DNA of 64,000 nucleotides from Longimicrobiales bacterium (lineage in GTDB: Bacteria; Gemmatimonadota; Gemmatimonadetes; Longimicrobiales; Gaopeijiaceae): NCBI GenBank assembly GCA_965249725.1, contig OZ252251.1, forward strand, positions 480,001 through 544,000, read 5' to 3'. The notes beneath the pieces were generated by a model. That model ran no database searches, was not told where the DNA came from, and was given only the letters and a program-made list of their open reading frames with translations. This document shows positions 47,641 through 57,194 of this stretch, piece by piece (position 1 is the first letter of the stretch; the number at the start of each line of letters is the position of its first letter). The translations under genes and the position numbers were made by a program.

Positions 47641-48370
47641 CAACGGAACTGCGCTGACTCGCACCGAGCCCGGAATCCTATCGACCGACACGGAAGAGGG
47701 CTGGGATCTGGTAGCTCGCAAGGCCAAGGCGCTATCGGAGAGTTCGATCATCCCGAGCGACTACCGGGACAATGCCTCGAACGTGCTTGTGGCGATGGAG
47801 ATGGCCCAGCGCACTCAGGTCCCGGTCCTGGCCGTGATGCAGAACCTTCACATCATCAACGGCCGTCCGAGCTGGAGCGCTCAGTTCCTGATCGCTGCCG
47901 TGAACCGTTCGGGGCGCTTCTCTCCCCTGCGCTTCCGCTTCGAGGGCACGGAGGGCGAGGACTCATGGGGCTGCCGAGCCGTGGCGGTGGACCTAGGGGA
48001 TGGCGAGGAGCTGATCGGAACACTGGTCACGGTCGGGATGGCGAAGGCGGAGGGCTGGGCGACGAAGAACGGCTCGAAGTGGAAGACGATGCCGGAGCAG
48101 ATGCTGCGTTACCGTGCCGCCGCATTCTGGTCCCGGACGCACTGCCCGGAACTCGCGGTAGGGCTTCACACAGCCGAGGAAGCCGAGGACATCGGCCCCT
48201 CGATCGCCGACCGGAAGGCCGCGCTCGCCGAGCAGCTCGACGGTGGCGATCCACCGGAGGTGATCGAGGCCGAAGAGTTGGAACAAGCCGAGCCCGAGCC
48301 TACCGACGACGGCGAACTGCCGCTCGGGGATCACCACACCCGGCCGACCGCCCAGGTGGAGGGCCACTAG
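47633..48370 (+). CDS. RecT-like ssDNA annealing protein
   Basis: VMQNLHIINGRPSWS, SKWKTMPEQMLRYRAA. Confidence 0.85.
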   Translation: MSSNGTALTRTEPGILSTDTEEGWDLVARKAKALSESSIIPSDYRDNASNVLVAMEMAQRTQVPVLAVMQNLHIINGRPSWSAQFLIAAVNRSGRFSPLRFRFEGTEGEDSWGCRAVAVDLGDGEELIGTLVTVGMAKAEGWATKNGSKWKTMPEQMLRYRAAAFWSRTHCPELAVGLHTAEEAEDIGPSIADRKAALAEQLDGGDPPEVIEAEELEQAEPEPTDDGELPLGDHHTRPTAQVEGH

Positions 48371-48482
48371 ATGCGGAACGAGGAGCGCGAGCTGGCCCGT
48401 CACGAGTACTGGGCGATCGAGGCCCGGCTCGACTGGGACCACAGCGCCATCCAGCACGCCAACGCACTCGCCCGGCGATGAG
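48371..48482 (+). CDS. small hypothetical protein
   Basis: ATG abuts upstream stop. Confidence 0.4.
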
Positions 48483-48744
48483 CATGGAGCCGTCCACGGA
48501 GACACAGGCTGGCACAGGCGCGGCGCCCAAGATCCCGCCGCCCGGCGAGGGGCGAGCGCGGGTGTTCGGCGAGCTGCGTTCGTGTCGGAGCACAATTGCT
48601 CGGCTTGAGGCCAAAAGACGCAGGGCGAATGACGACGAGGACGAGCGGTTCCGGCTGGGCGCCGACATCGAGAGTATGGTCGCCGAGCTTGCCAAGCTGG
48701 AACGCCTCGCGCTGGCGATCCATGAAGAGGAGCTGGCCACGTGA
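48478..48744 (+). CDS. hypothetical coiled-coil protein
   Basis: Coupled overlaps. Confidence 0.55.
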   Translation: MSMEPSTETQAGTGAAPKIPPPGEGRARVFGELRSCRSTIARLEAKRRRANDDEDERFRLGADIESMVAELAKLERLALAIHEEELAT

Positions 48745-49877
48745 AAGCAACCGTCGAAGCCAAGGCGTTACGCACCGCACTGGCCACTGTTTCCAAGGTC
48801 CAGGCGTCCCGCTCCGTTTTGCCGGTGCTGGACATGATCCATGTTGCGGCCCGCGAGGACGGGTTGGAGCTCCAGGCCACGGACCTGCAGCGTTGGGGCT
48901 CTGTGCAGGTCGAGTGCGACGTGTGCGAGGAAGGCCGGATGTTGATCCGGCCCGACGGCCTGTTGGCGCTCGCCGAGCACGCATCCGGCGAGACGATCGA
49001 GTTGTCTGGAAACGGTGAAGGGCCACGCACGGCGCGCGGCGGTTCCGCCTCGGTGACCCTGCCCACGCTATCGGTTAGCGACTGGCCTCTGTTCGGGGAC
49101 ATCGAGTCGGCGGGAGAGGTGGAGGTGCCGGCATCCGTACTACGCGACGCGCTGGACCGGACCACCTGGGCCGCGTCCACCGAGGACGTCGCCCGCCCGC
49201 TCCTCGCCTGTGTGCATTTTCGGGAGCGCGAAGGGCACCTCACAGTCGAAGCCACGAGCGGCCACGTGCTCGGCCGGTACGACTCACGGATCGAGGCGCC
49301 CGCCGGGCTGTCCCTGATGATTGCGCGACAGGACGCACCTCTGCTGGCGGCATTGGCCAAGCGCGCGGGCGATAAGGATGTACGCTTTCGCTGGGATCGC
49401 CGCTGGGCCGATTTCGCCGCTGGGTACGAGACGCTTCGGGTATCGCAAAAGGAAGGGAAGTATCCCGACCTCGATCGTGTGACCCCTGACGCCGCCGATT
49501 GCCCGGTCAGCGCCGAGCTGGAAGCGACATCCGTTGCCAGAGCCTGTGGGCTGGCTGTTTCCGTCATGCGCGAGGATTTCTTCCGGCTTCAGGTCGATCT
49601 CTACGACGGTAGGGCGCTCTTCCGCTCGGACTCCACAGACAGGGGCGGATACGAGGAGACGCTCGCCGCCGACGTTCAGGGAGACATCACGTTCGCTGTC
49701 AACGCTGTGTATCTGCGCCAGATCGCGCGCAGTGTCAGTGGACGCATGATCCTGAGATTGAGCGAAAAATTGAGCGAAGCCACTAGGCCGATACGCATCG
49801 AACCCGTAGACGGCGACCCGGTGGTCTTTGTGGCAGTACCTCTGCGGGCAGAACACTCCATCCCGAGGCCGGTGTGA
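48741..49877 (+). CDS. dnaN: phage DNA polymerase III beta-clamp homolog
   Basis: LQATDL, AASTEDVARPLL, EATSGHVL, GKYPD, VNAVYL; 378 aa. Confidence 0.85.
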   Translation: MKATVEAKALRTALATVSKVQASRSVLPVLDMIHVAAREDGLELQATDLQRWGSVQVECDVCEEGRMLIRPDGLLALAEHASGETIELSGNGEGPRTARGGSASVTLPTLSVSDWPLFGDIESAGEVEVPASVLRDALDRTTWAASTEDVARPLLACVHFREREGHLTVEATSGHVLGRYDSRIEAPAGLSLMIARQDAPLLAALAKRAGDKDVRFRWDRRWADFAAGYETLRVSQKEGKYPDLDRVTPDAADCPVSAELEATSVARACGLAVSVMREDFFRLQVDLYDGRALFRSDSTDRGGYEETLAADVQGDITFAVNAVYLRQIARSVSGRMILRLSEKLSEATRPIRIEPVDGDPVVFVAVPLRAEHSIPRPV

Positions 49878-50224
49878 GGCCGGCCGAACTGACGGGCCTG
49901 CCGCTCTTCCTCGATGAGCGGCAGCCCTACGGAGGGCTGCCCCCGCACCAGAAGGGCTCCGACACGTCGCGCGAGGCGGCACGGAGCGCAGCTGAATGTG
50001 CGCCGACCAAGCGGGCCGAGGTCTACGGCTACATCCTGGCACGGGGCGACGCTGGGGCCACCGACGCGGAGATAGAAGGCGGCCTGTCGATGCTGCGCCA
50101 GAGCGTATGCGCCCGCCGTAACGAGCTCGTGAAGCTCGGCATGATCCGCGACTCCGGGCACCGTAGAAATTCTCCGCATACCGGACGGCGGTGCGCCGTC
50201 TGGGTCGTGAGGACAGGCCAATGA
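49874..50224 (+). CDS. winged-HTH phage protein
   Basis: DTSREAA, GATDAEI, RRNELV..DSG. Confidence 0.75.
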   Translation: MRPAELTGLPLFLDERQPYGGLPPHQKGSDTSREAARSAAECAPTKRAEVYGYILARGDAGATDAEIEGGLSMLRQSVCARRNELVKLGMIRDSGHRRNSPHTGRRCAVWVVRTGQ

Positions 50225-50717
50225 CCGCCGCCCAGTGGATAGCGCTCGACGTGGTGGTGCCGTGCCTTGCGCTGCTCGCCGGGCTCGCGTGGTTCGAGGC
50301 CAGCGAAGAAGACGAGGAGTCCGAGACCCAGGAGGCGCACCACCGATGATCGACGTCGAAGCGCTGAAACGGTTCCTGCTGCTCTTGGGCCTGCTCTTCA
50401 CGGCCATCGGCTGGTGGAGGGCCGAGGTACACAACGCTCGCCTGGCCGAAAGCGCGGTGGGGTTCCGCGACCTCGCTCAGACGTGTGTGGACACCTCGTT
50501 CACGCGGCTCGACGACATCGAATCGAAGCGGCGCGAGCTTGTCCATGCGCTGCGCGTGGGCGGCCCTGAGGCCGTGGTGGAGCTAGACCAATGAGTTGGC
50601 TCGGGCTCGCTGTGGTGGTCCTCGGTTTCGCTCTGCTGGTCGCAGCGCACTGGGCGATGAAAAGCGTGGACCCGTTCGATTGGGACGACGACGAACAAGA
50701 CACAAAGGGAGCTTAAG
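50221..50717 (+). CDS. three coupled small single-TM ORFs (50221-50349, 50346-50594, 50591-50717)
   Basis: ATGA overlaps; MTAAQWIAL, MIDVEALKRF, MSWLGLAVV. Confidence 0.55.
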
Positions 50718-50719
50718 TC

Positions 50720-51640
50720 ATGGAAGAGACACGTAGCGAACCGTGGTTCTGGCGGAGCGCGGAGGAGTTCGGGCGCCTGAGGCTGGAAAATGGATCGCAC
50801 CAGGGCCCGGACGAAGGCGTGTGCCTCATGGAGGCCGTCGCCTGGCTGGCGCGCGAGCCGCACAGCGATGAACCGAAATGCGTCTGCCCGGTGCTCGGCG
50901 CGTTCGGGCGCGACCTCAACGACCGTCTGGACGTCGAGCGACGAGGGCGGCTGAAGCCACTCATCCCGGCGCTCGTCGGCACGGCGAGCGATGGCCAGGC
51001 CGAGGCTCGCGGCTTCATGGCGATGGATTGGATCGTCCGTACCTATACGCCCGCATGGCTGCGGCTGGCCCGCCTGGACACGGACGCTGAGGGACTGGAG
51101 TCGCTCCCCGAGATCGTAAACATGGAAACGCTCGATGCTGCGCGAGGGAGGTTAGGAGCTGTTCGCAGATCGGACGGGGTCGCCGCCTGGGCCGCCACCA
51201 GGGCCGCCGCCTGGGCCGCTGCCTGGGACGCTGCCGGGGACGCTGCCTGGGCCGCCACCAGGGCCGCCGCCGGGGCCGCTGCCTGGGACGCTGCCGGGGC
51301 CGCTGCCTGGGCCGCCGCCAGGGCCGCCGCCGTGGACGCCACCAGGGCCGCCGCCGGGGCCGCCGCCGGGGCCGCCGGGGCCGCCGCCTGGGCCGCTGCC
51401 TGGGACGCTGCCTGGGCCGCTGCCTGGGACGCTGCCGGGGCCGCTGCCTGGGCCGTCGCCAGGGCCGCCGCCGGGGACGCTGCCCGGGACGCTGCCGGGG
51501 CCGCTGCCGGGGCCGCGCTGGAGCCCACGAAACGCGCACTGCAAGACAGCGCGGTCCTTTTGTTCCGGCGGATGGTGGAGCGGGGCAGCGGGTCGTGCGC
51601 CCGAACTCCCTGGGCCACTGAAGCCGTAGAGGCGTGGTGA
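50720..51640 (+). CDS. phage protein with AAWA/DAAG low-complexity tract
   Basis: CLMEAVAW..HSD.P.CV.P..LND; 12-bp repeat units ~51180-51520. Confidence 0.75.
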   Translation: MEETRSEPWFWRSAEEFGRLRLENGSHQGPDEGVCLMEAVAWLAREPHSDEPKCVCPVLGAFGRDLNDRLDVERRGRLKPLIPALVGTASDGQAEARGFMAMDWIVRTYTPAWLRLARLDTDAEGLESLPEIVNMETLDAARGRLGAVRRSDGVAAWAATRAAAWAAAWDAAGDAAWAATRAAAGAAAWDAAGAAAWAAARAAAVDATRAAAGAAAGAAGAAAWAAAWDAAWAAAWDAAGAAAWAVARAAAGDAARDAAGAAAGAALEPTKRALQDSAVLLFRRMVERGSGSCARTPWATEAVEAW

Positions 51641-51641
51641 G

Positions 51642-51887
51642 GTGAGCAGAACGAAAACCCCAGAGCAGTACGAGGCCGAGTACAACTGGCTCTCCCCGAA
51701 ACAGGCGGCAGAGCGCATCGGCGGAATGTCCACCGGCTTCGTCCTCAAGATGATCCACGAAGGCCACCTGAAGTCTCCGGGGGTGCTGAACGTGTCGCGC
51801 TCTGGCAAGGCACGCTACCGAATCTCGCCGAAGGCTGTCGATCGCTTCGTCCAAGAGTGTGAGGAGCTGGTGGGCAGTGAGTCCTAG
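51642..51887 (+). CDS. xis: excisionase-like HTH protein
   Basis: WLSPKQAAERIG..YRIS..VDRF, before integrase. Confidence 0.8.
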   Translation: MSRTKTPEQYEAEYNWLSPKQAAERIGGMSTGFVLKMIHEGHLKSPGVLNVSRSGKARYRISPKAVDRFVQECEELVGSES

Positions 51888-53127
51888 AAAGCGCTCACGT
51901 GCCCCCAAGGGCCTCGTATGGCGAGCTGGCCGCGCCTACTTCGACCGTAGGCACTCGCGGTTCAACGGCGGCCGCCTGGCGATCTCGCTCAGGACCGGCG
52001 ATCGGGATGTGGCCACCGAGCGCCATACCGTTTTGACTCAGCTCATGGATCGTGGCGACTGGAACGTGCTTGAGGCGATCCGCCGTGGCGACATGCACAT
52101 CACCGACGCTCAGGCCGCGCTACGTAACGGCGACGCCACCAAGCTGCGGCGCATGGGCTCTGATTCGCCTAGGCTCGGGCCGGCCGTCGAGAGGTTCCTG
52201 AGGCTCAAAGAGGCCACACGCGGCAGGGCCACCATCAAGAAGTATCGGACCGTTCTCGGGCACCTTGAGAGAGACGTCGGCCCGGACTTCCCTATGGAAG
52301 AGCTGACGGTCGACGAGGCGCGCGCGTACCTGCACGGCCCGAAAGCAAGCACAGCGGGGCGTCCGTGGGCACCTGCCAGCCAAGGGGCTTGCCAGGTCGT
52401 GTGCGGGGCACTCTGGAGCATGGTCATGGACGAGGAGGCCGATCTGCTCGCTCGCCGCAACGTACAGCCCGCGATCCGTAGCAACCCCTGGAAGGGCATC
52501 GACATGCCCGAGATCCGGCCCACGCGGGCCGTGTTCCTGACTCCGCCGGAGTGGGCGGACCTGGATCGTAGCATGATTGGGACCCCACACCGCGCCATGA
52601 TCGCGATTGCGTTCCTCGCGGGCCTGCGCCAAGGCGAGATACTACATCTAAGGACTGGCGTTGATGTCCTTCTAGATGGCAGCGAACCACTGATCCGGGT
52701 ACAGTCCCGAAAGGATGTTTACTCCTGGAGGCCGAAGACGCGGCGTGGTGAAAGGGACGTACCGATCACCGAGAGCCTCGTCACGATCATCGAAGATCAC
52801 ATCCGCAGAGGGTATGCCGGGGAGCGGTACTTGATTCTGAGCCCTCATCGCGGGGACCAGCCTGTGGCGGCCGGCACCTCGGCTCGCTGGACCCAGGACG
52901 CCTTCGAGCTGGCCGGGATCAAGTACGGAAGGGAAGGCGACGGGCTCACCTTACACAGTGGCCGTCACACCTATGCCTCATGGCTGGCCCAGGACGGCGT
53001 GCCGCTCAACGTGATCGCCACCCTGCTAGGTGACACGACCAAGGTCGTCGAGGAGACCTACGCCCACCTTATTCCTGACACCTACCGGGCCGCCGTTCAG
53101 TACATCGAAAGGAGGATTCAGGCGTGA
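51877..53127 (+). CDS. int: tyrosine integrase
   Basis: GLRQGE, PKT, HSGRHT, LLGD, TYAH. Confidence 0.93.
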   Translation: MSPRKRSRAPKGLVWRAGRAYFDRRHSRFNGGRLAISLRTGDRDVATERHTVLTQLMDRGDWNVLEAIRRGDMHITDAQAALRNGDATKLRRMGSDSPRLGPAVERFLRLKEATRGRATIKKYRTVLGHLERDVGPDFPMEELTVDEARAYLHGPKASTAGRPWAPASQGACQVVCGALWSMVMDEEADLLARRNVQPAIRSNPWKGIDMPEIRPTRAVFLTPPEWADLDRSMIGTPHRAMIAIAFLAGLRQGEILHLRTGVDVLLDGSEPLIRVQSRKDVYSWRPKTRRGERDVPITESLVTIIEDHIRRGYAGERYLILSPHRGDQPVAAGTSARWTQDAFELAGIKYGREGDGLTLHSGRHTYASWLAQDGVPLNVIATLLGDTTKVVEETYAHLIPDTYRAAVQYIERRIQA

Positions 53128-53189
53128 CAGCAAAAACAACGGTTTGCCATAAGCCAGGCCACAGAGTGTTGTATTTGCTCGATTGTGGT

Positions 53190-53430
53190 AGAACGCACAG
53201 ATCATCTCGACACCCGGGGGATACACGAGCAAGACTCGTTCGCCGGGCTCGAGGGGTTGGGTCCGATGGAGGTGCGATGCAATGTCGGCCGCCCTACGCA
53301 AGAACGCTTCGTAGGTGTACGACTCCGTGGCCCCGCACTCTGAGTCGAGGAAGGCGAAGAGGAGCTTGTCGGGGTGCTTCTCGGCGTGGGCGCGAAGGGG
53401 GGTCAAAACCGACATGCCATCTATGTTCAT
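53190..53430 (-). pseudogene. 5' fragment of fatty acyl-AMP ligase cut at right prophage junction
   Basis: PDKLLFAFLD..YTY..PGERVLLVYPPGVEMICAF then unrelated sequence. Confidence 0.85.
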
Positions 53431-53436
53431 GACCGG

Positions 53437-54240
53437 CTATCCGAGAAGGACGAACGACAGAACAGCGAGCACAGCTCCGAGCACGGCATCTATCGCGTAG
53501 TGATATCGGAGGACCGCAGTGGCCAATGCGATGCTCACGGCGATCGCAAGGAAGACAACGCCGGCGACCGGAATCAACTTGAGCAGCACCAGGGCGATGG
53601 CCAGGGAGTTCGCCACGTGGCCACTGGGGAACGTGTTGGCTCGGATACTGCCGGTCCGAAGCACCCAGATGGTCAAAGACCGAATGTTCGAGCGGCCAAT
53701 CCCCACGCCGGTAGCGGCGTCGATCTCCCATGGTGGTAGGCTCTGAAAGAGCACGGTGGTCGCATAACAGATGTAGGTGGGCGGCAGGACGACGAGCCAA
53801 AAGAGGCCCATCGAACTGCTCTGGCCCATCAGGTAAAGGACACCGATGCCGAGCGGCACGGTGGGATAGCACATTAGGTACGCGGCCTCGAGGTAGGCCG
53901 CGAAGACGGGTCGCTCGCCCAAGCTCGCCGTGATCCGAGCCACGCCCGGGAACCAGCGCTCATCGATCGCACTGAGAGACGCCTGGACCTTCGAGTTGTT
54001 GCCCGTGAAGAACTGCCCGGACTGCCAGTAGGTCATGAGAAGGAAGAAGCCCGGGATCACGTCACGGATCACCCGGCCCCCAGGCAACGCATCGAGAGAA
54101 GGCAGGGTTAAGGCAACGAGGATGCCGGCCAGCCCGATTCCGATGGCTTTTAGCCGCTTCCTTGGCGCGAGTGGGGTGAACACGCTTGCGCCCAGAAAGG
54201 CCGCGAAGAAAGCGACGCTGATCCATTCGGCTGCACGCAT
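53437..54240 (-). CDS. PAP2-family membrane phosphatase
   Basis: FPSGH, RYHYAID. Confidence 0.88.
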   Translation of the reverse strand: MRAAEWISVAFFAAFLGASVFTPLAPRKRLKAIGIGLAGILVALTLPSLDALPGGRVIRDVIPGFFLLMTYWQSGQFFTGNNSKVQASLSAIDERWFPGVARITASLGERPVFAAYLEAAYLMCYPTVPLGIGVLYLMGQSSSMGLFWLVVLPPTYICYATTVLFQSLPPWEIDAATGVGIGRSNIRSLTIWVLRTGSIRANTFPSGHVANSLAIALVLLKLIPVAGVVFLAIAVSIALATAVLRYHYAIDAVLGAVLAVLSFVLLG

Positions 54241-54392
54241 TCAAGCCCCTCTAAGCTCACGCTCGATGACGTAGCGGCTAGTCACCCCCCCAGTTCCGCC
54301 CACCCGTACACTACCTGACAATGCCGAATCGGAGGAGCCCGGCCCCTACGTCATCTTACGTAGCGGTGGGGCACTGGGTACGTAGCGGCCGC

Positions 54393-55115
54393 TCACCGGA
54401 TCACGATCCCCATCGCGACGGCCTGCCGATCCCCGAGCCCCGCGCTCGCGCTGAGTGAATACCGACGCGCCGGATCCAGCGAAAGCAGGAAGCCCAGATC
54501 GATCGCGACGCCGGTGCCCCACTCGTCCTCCGGAGCCCGATCGCCAAAGCGGAAGTCGATGCTCACGCCCGTGTGCACATAAGGGCTGATCCAGAGCTTG
54601 CCGGCCGACCAGCTCCGTCCGGCCGTCACCCCGATCGGCACGGTGACCACGGCGTACTCCCCCACCCCCGCACCCACGCCCGTCGTCCAGGCAAGATCCA
54701 GGGGAAGCGCAGATGATCGGGCCGCCAGCGGGCCCCAGAGGTCGATGCCCCCGAATCCGGCACTGGCTCCGTAGGCACCCTCAGCGAAACCCCCGCGCAG
54801 CTGGGCCCGGTCATGCAGGCCCGGACCCGCATAGGTGATCAGCACGCCCATCCCGTCCCCGGGCAGGGTCCCATAGTCCACCCAGTGTGCTCCGAAGCTC
54901 CCGGGCGGGGTAGCGCCCAGGAGCCGGGGGCCTTCCCAGGCCACCTGGGCAGTGACCGAGCTGGCGATCACGGCGGTGGCGGCCAGCGTGGTCAAGGCGA
55001 CGGCGACGATCCTCGTGACGACGACGATCCTTTGCGGAGGTCCGGCGGGTTGACGTTCTCGGTGCCCGCCTGCGGGAGCTAGTGGCTCAATTCGGCGCAT
55101 GGACACCCTCCGCAT
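54393..55115 (-). CDS. exported hypothetical protein (start uncertain)
   Basis: Signal-like segment, beta-barrel-like pattern. Confidence 0.65.
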   Translation of the reverse strand: MRRVSMRRIEPLAPAGGHRERQPAGPPQRIVVVTRIVAVALTTLAATAVIASSVTAQVAWEGPRLLGATPPGSFGAHWVDYGTLPGDGMGVLITYAGPGLHDRAQLRGGFAEGAYGASAGFGGIDLWGPLAARSSALPLDLAWTTGVGAGVGEYAVVTVPIGVTAGRSWSAGKLWISPYVHTGVSIDFRFGDRAPEDEWGTGVAIDLGFLLSLDPARRYSLSASAGLGDRQAVAMGIVIR

Positions 55116-56319
55116 CGTAGTCGCGGCTCTTCCCGAGCACGGGCCCGTGCAGGTCCAGACCGCTGTTGTCGTGCGAAGCGATCCACTGCCGGATCGATCC
55201 CGGGAACGGATCAGGAGACCCGCGCCTACCGAGCGGATCGGTGTACCAGACGGTGGGCCCCCCCTCGTTCTTCACCCGGTTGCTGTTGCTGTCCACGAAG
55301 CGGCGTGTGCCCTTGAAGGGCGACCGCGTATCGTCCCAGGTGACTCCATCGGGAACACTCTCGCAGCGATCCTCGCCGCGTGTGCCGTCCTCGAAGCAGA
55401 GTTCGATCGGTCGCCCCACCTGACCGCCGGCCCCCGGATCGAAGAACCGGCTCGGGTCGAGCACCTGGAAATAGGGGTTGAAGGACACCAGGGTCCCCCG
55501 ACCCTCGGCGCGGAGCGATACACTGATCTCCCAGCTCTCACGGAGAGCCGAATCGAAGCGCGGGCGCGAGCCGTCCTCTCGCCTGACGTGTTCTTCGATG
55601 CACGACGCGTCGGGAATCGCCCTCTTGCCGCCCCCATCAGGAGAGATGAGGGGGTTGGGGTCGCCCGCGTGGATGTGCCGGTCTCGGTTGCAGCCGACCA
55701 CCAGCTCTCCCGCCGTTCCGATCGGGGTCAGCACCGTGGCGCTGAAACCCGTGCCGTCCAGGCAGCGCACGTGATAGGCCACCTCGTGCATGTTGTTCGT
55801 GAAGGCATCGGCGGAGTGGGAGCCCTGATGCATCTTGACCAGGATGTCACAGGTCACGCTCAGGACCGCGGATGCGCCCTCACCCAGGCGCATCTCGACG
55901 TCGTTCTCCCACTCGACCTTGTGGCCTACGTGGTCCTCATGGCGGTCCGCCGCGAAGCCGCTCTCAGCCAGATGCTGGTTCGCATAGCCGAAGGGAATAG
56001 GACCGACGAGCTCGAAGATGTCGGAGCCAGCCGGGTCACGACCGTGCTCGTGACCGAAGGTGCACCCGGTGGCGGGGTCGACCGGCGGGTGCCAAGTCGG
56101 GTAGGTGATCCCGTCCGGCCCACGTGTCGAGTAGCTGTCGTGGATCGCCTTCGAGCAGCTGTCCTGATCGCCCGGGCTCCAGCGCCCGTAAGCGACCGAG
56201 AAAACCGGGTTCGCCGGCGCGCCATCCACTGGGTTCGTCACCGTTTCCGGGTTGTCGCAGGCGGTGGCCCACACCGTCGCGCCCAGAACGGCCCATGTAT
56301 AGAAAAGGCCTCTAGCCAT
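55087..56319 (-). CDS. His/Cys-rich lipoprotein
   Basis: ATAC lipobox; YPTWHP, FGHEHG, HEDHVGHK. Confidence 0.75.
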   Translation of the reverse strand: MARGLFYTWAVLGATVWATACDNPETVTNPVDGAPANPVFSVAYGRWSPGDQDSCSKAIHDSYSTRGPDGITYPTWHPPVDPATGCTFGHEHGRDPAGSDIFELVGPIPFGYANQHLAESGFAADRHEDHVGHKVEWENDVEMRLGEGASAVLSVTCDILVKMHQGSHSADAFTNNMHEVAYHVRCLDGTGFSATVLTPIGTAGELVVGCNRDRHIHAGDPNPLISPDGGGKRAIPDASCIEEHVRREDGSRPRFDSALRESWEISVSLRAEGRGTLVSFNPYFQVLDPSRFFDPGAGGQVGRPIELCFEDGTRGEDRCESVPDGVTWDDTRSPFKGTRRFVDSNSNRVKNEGGPTVWYTDPLGRRGSPDPFPGSIRQWIASHDNSGLDLHGPVLGKSRDYDAEGVHAPN

Positions 56320-56451
56320 CGGACCTTCCTCCATCGAACGTTCGACAAAGAGGGAGCCGGTGGCCGAAAGGCCTGACACACTCACCAGATTCAGTTGTAC
56401 CTGAAAGCTCTTACCGACCCCTTGGGAAAGGCAAGAGATTCTTCATTCGGG

Positions 56452-57084
56452 TCAGAATCGCTTTACCGAGACCTCCACTCGCATGAGGCGCAGTCCGACG
56501 TTCCTGGCGACGGTGGCATCCTCGTTGCGGAGGCTTCCGAACGAAGCGGCTTCCAGCCGGAGCGCGTTGCCAACGGTCCATCCTCCGATGATGGCCACGT
56601 CCCAGCCCACGCCGACCGACAGAGCGCCCGAGTCGTATCGGAGCTGATCGGCTCGGTAGCCGACCCAGTTCACTCCACCCAGCAGGTGAAGGCCCCGGTT
56701 GGGGAGCGGATATACGTAACCGGTTACTCCGGCGCGGAAGAGCGTCTCCCGCACCCCGTCATCGTCGTACGTCCATCCTCCAGCTTCGGCGGCCACCCGC
56801 ACCGATGATGTGGCGGTAGCGCCGAGCATGATGTTGACGGCCGGTCCACGCTCTCGATCTGCGGCGCAGATGTCGCAGGTGAGGCGCATAGCACCCGCGC
56901 CCAGGCCCACACCCCACCAGATGCCGCTGCCCGCTGCGGCTGATGCGGCCGGAGCGTCCGTGGTCTGGACGCCGGTCGGGAAGGTGGTCTGGGCATGCAG
57001 AGCATCGACGGCCCCCCCGAGCGTGAAAGCAGCGAGAAGAAGACCGCAAGAGCGCATTCGTCGTCGGCCTGATTCGGTCGACAT
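56452..57084 (-). CDS. outer-membrane beta-barrel-like protein
   Basis: Signal peptide, terminal Phe. Confidence 0.65.
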   Translation of the reverse strand: MSTESGRRRMRSCGLLLAAFTLGGAVDALHAQTTFPTGVQTTDAPAASAAAGSGIWWGVGLGAGAMRLTCDICAADRERGPAVNIMLGATATSSVRVAAEAGGWTYDDDGVRETLFRAGVTGYVYPLPNRGLHLLGGVNWVGYRADQLRYDSGALSVGVGWDVAIIGGWTVGNALRLEAASFGSLRNEDATVARNVGLRLMRVEVSVKRF

Positions 57085-57194
57085 AAGCCCTCCGTTGCAG
57101 GAATGACGGGCACGCCGGAAGGACGTCCCCCTCCAACAACGCTAGGCACAGGTCGTGGGCAACCGCCACAACCTTGTTCCGAGGCCGCACCTCC

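Larger units (their letters stand above)
12197..53190. mobile_element. HK97/lambda-like siphovirus prophage (ends approximate)
   Basis: Contiguous replication, packaging, head, tail, lysis, immunity, recombination and integrase genes between truncated host genes. Confidence 0.93.

Noticed and set aside
47993..51908. Long minus-strand ORFs opposite the early genes
   Set aside because: High-GC antisense shadows of recognisable plus-strand genes
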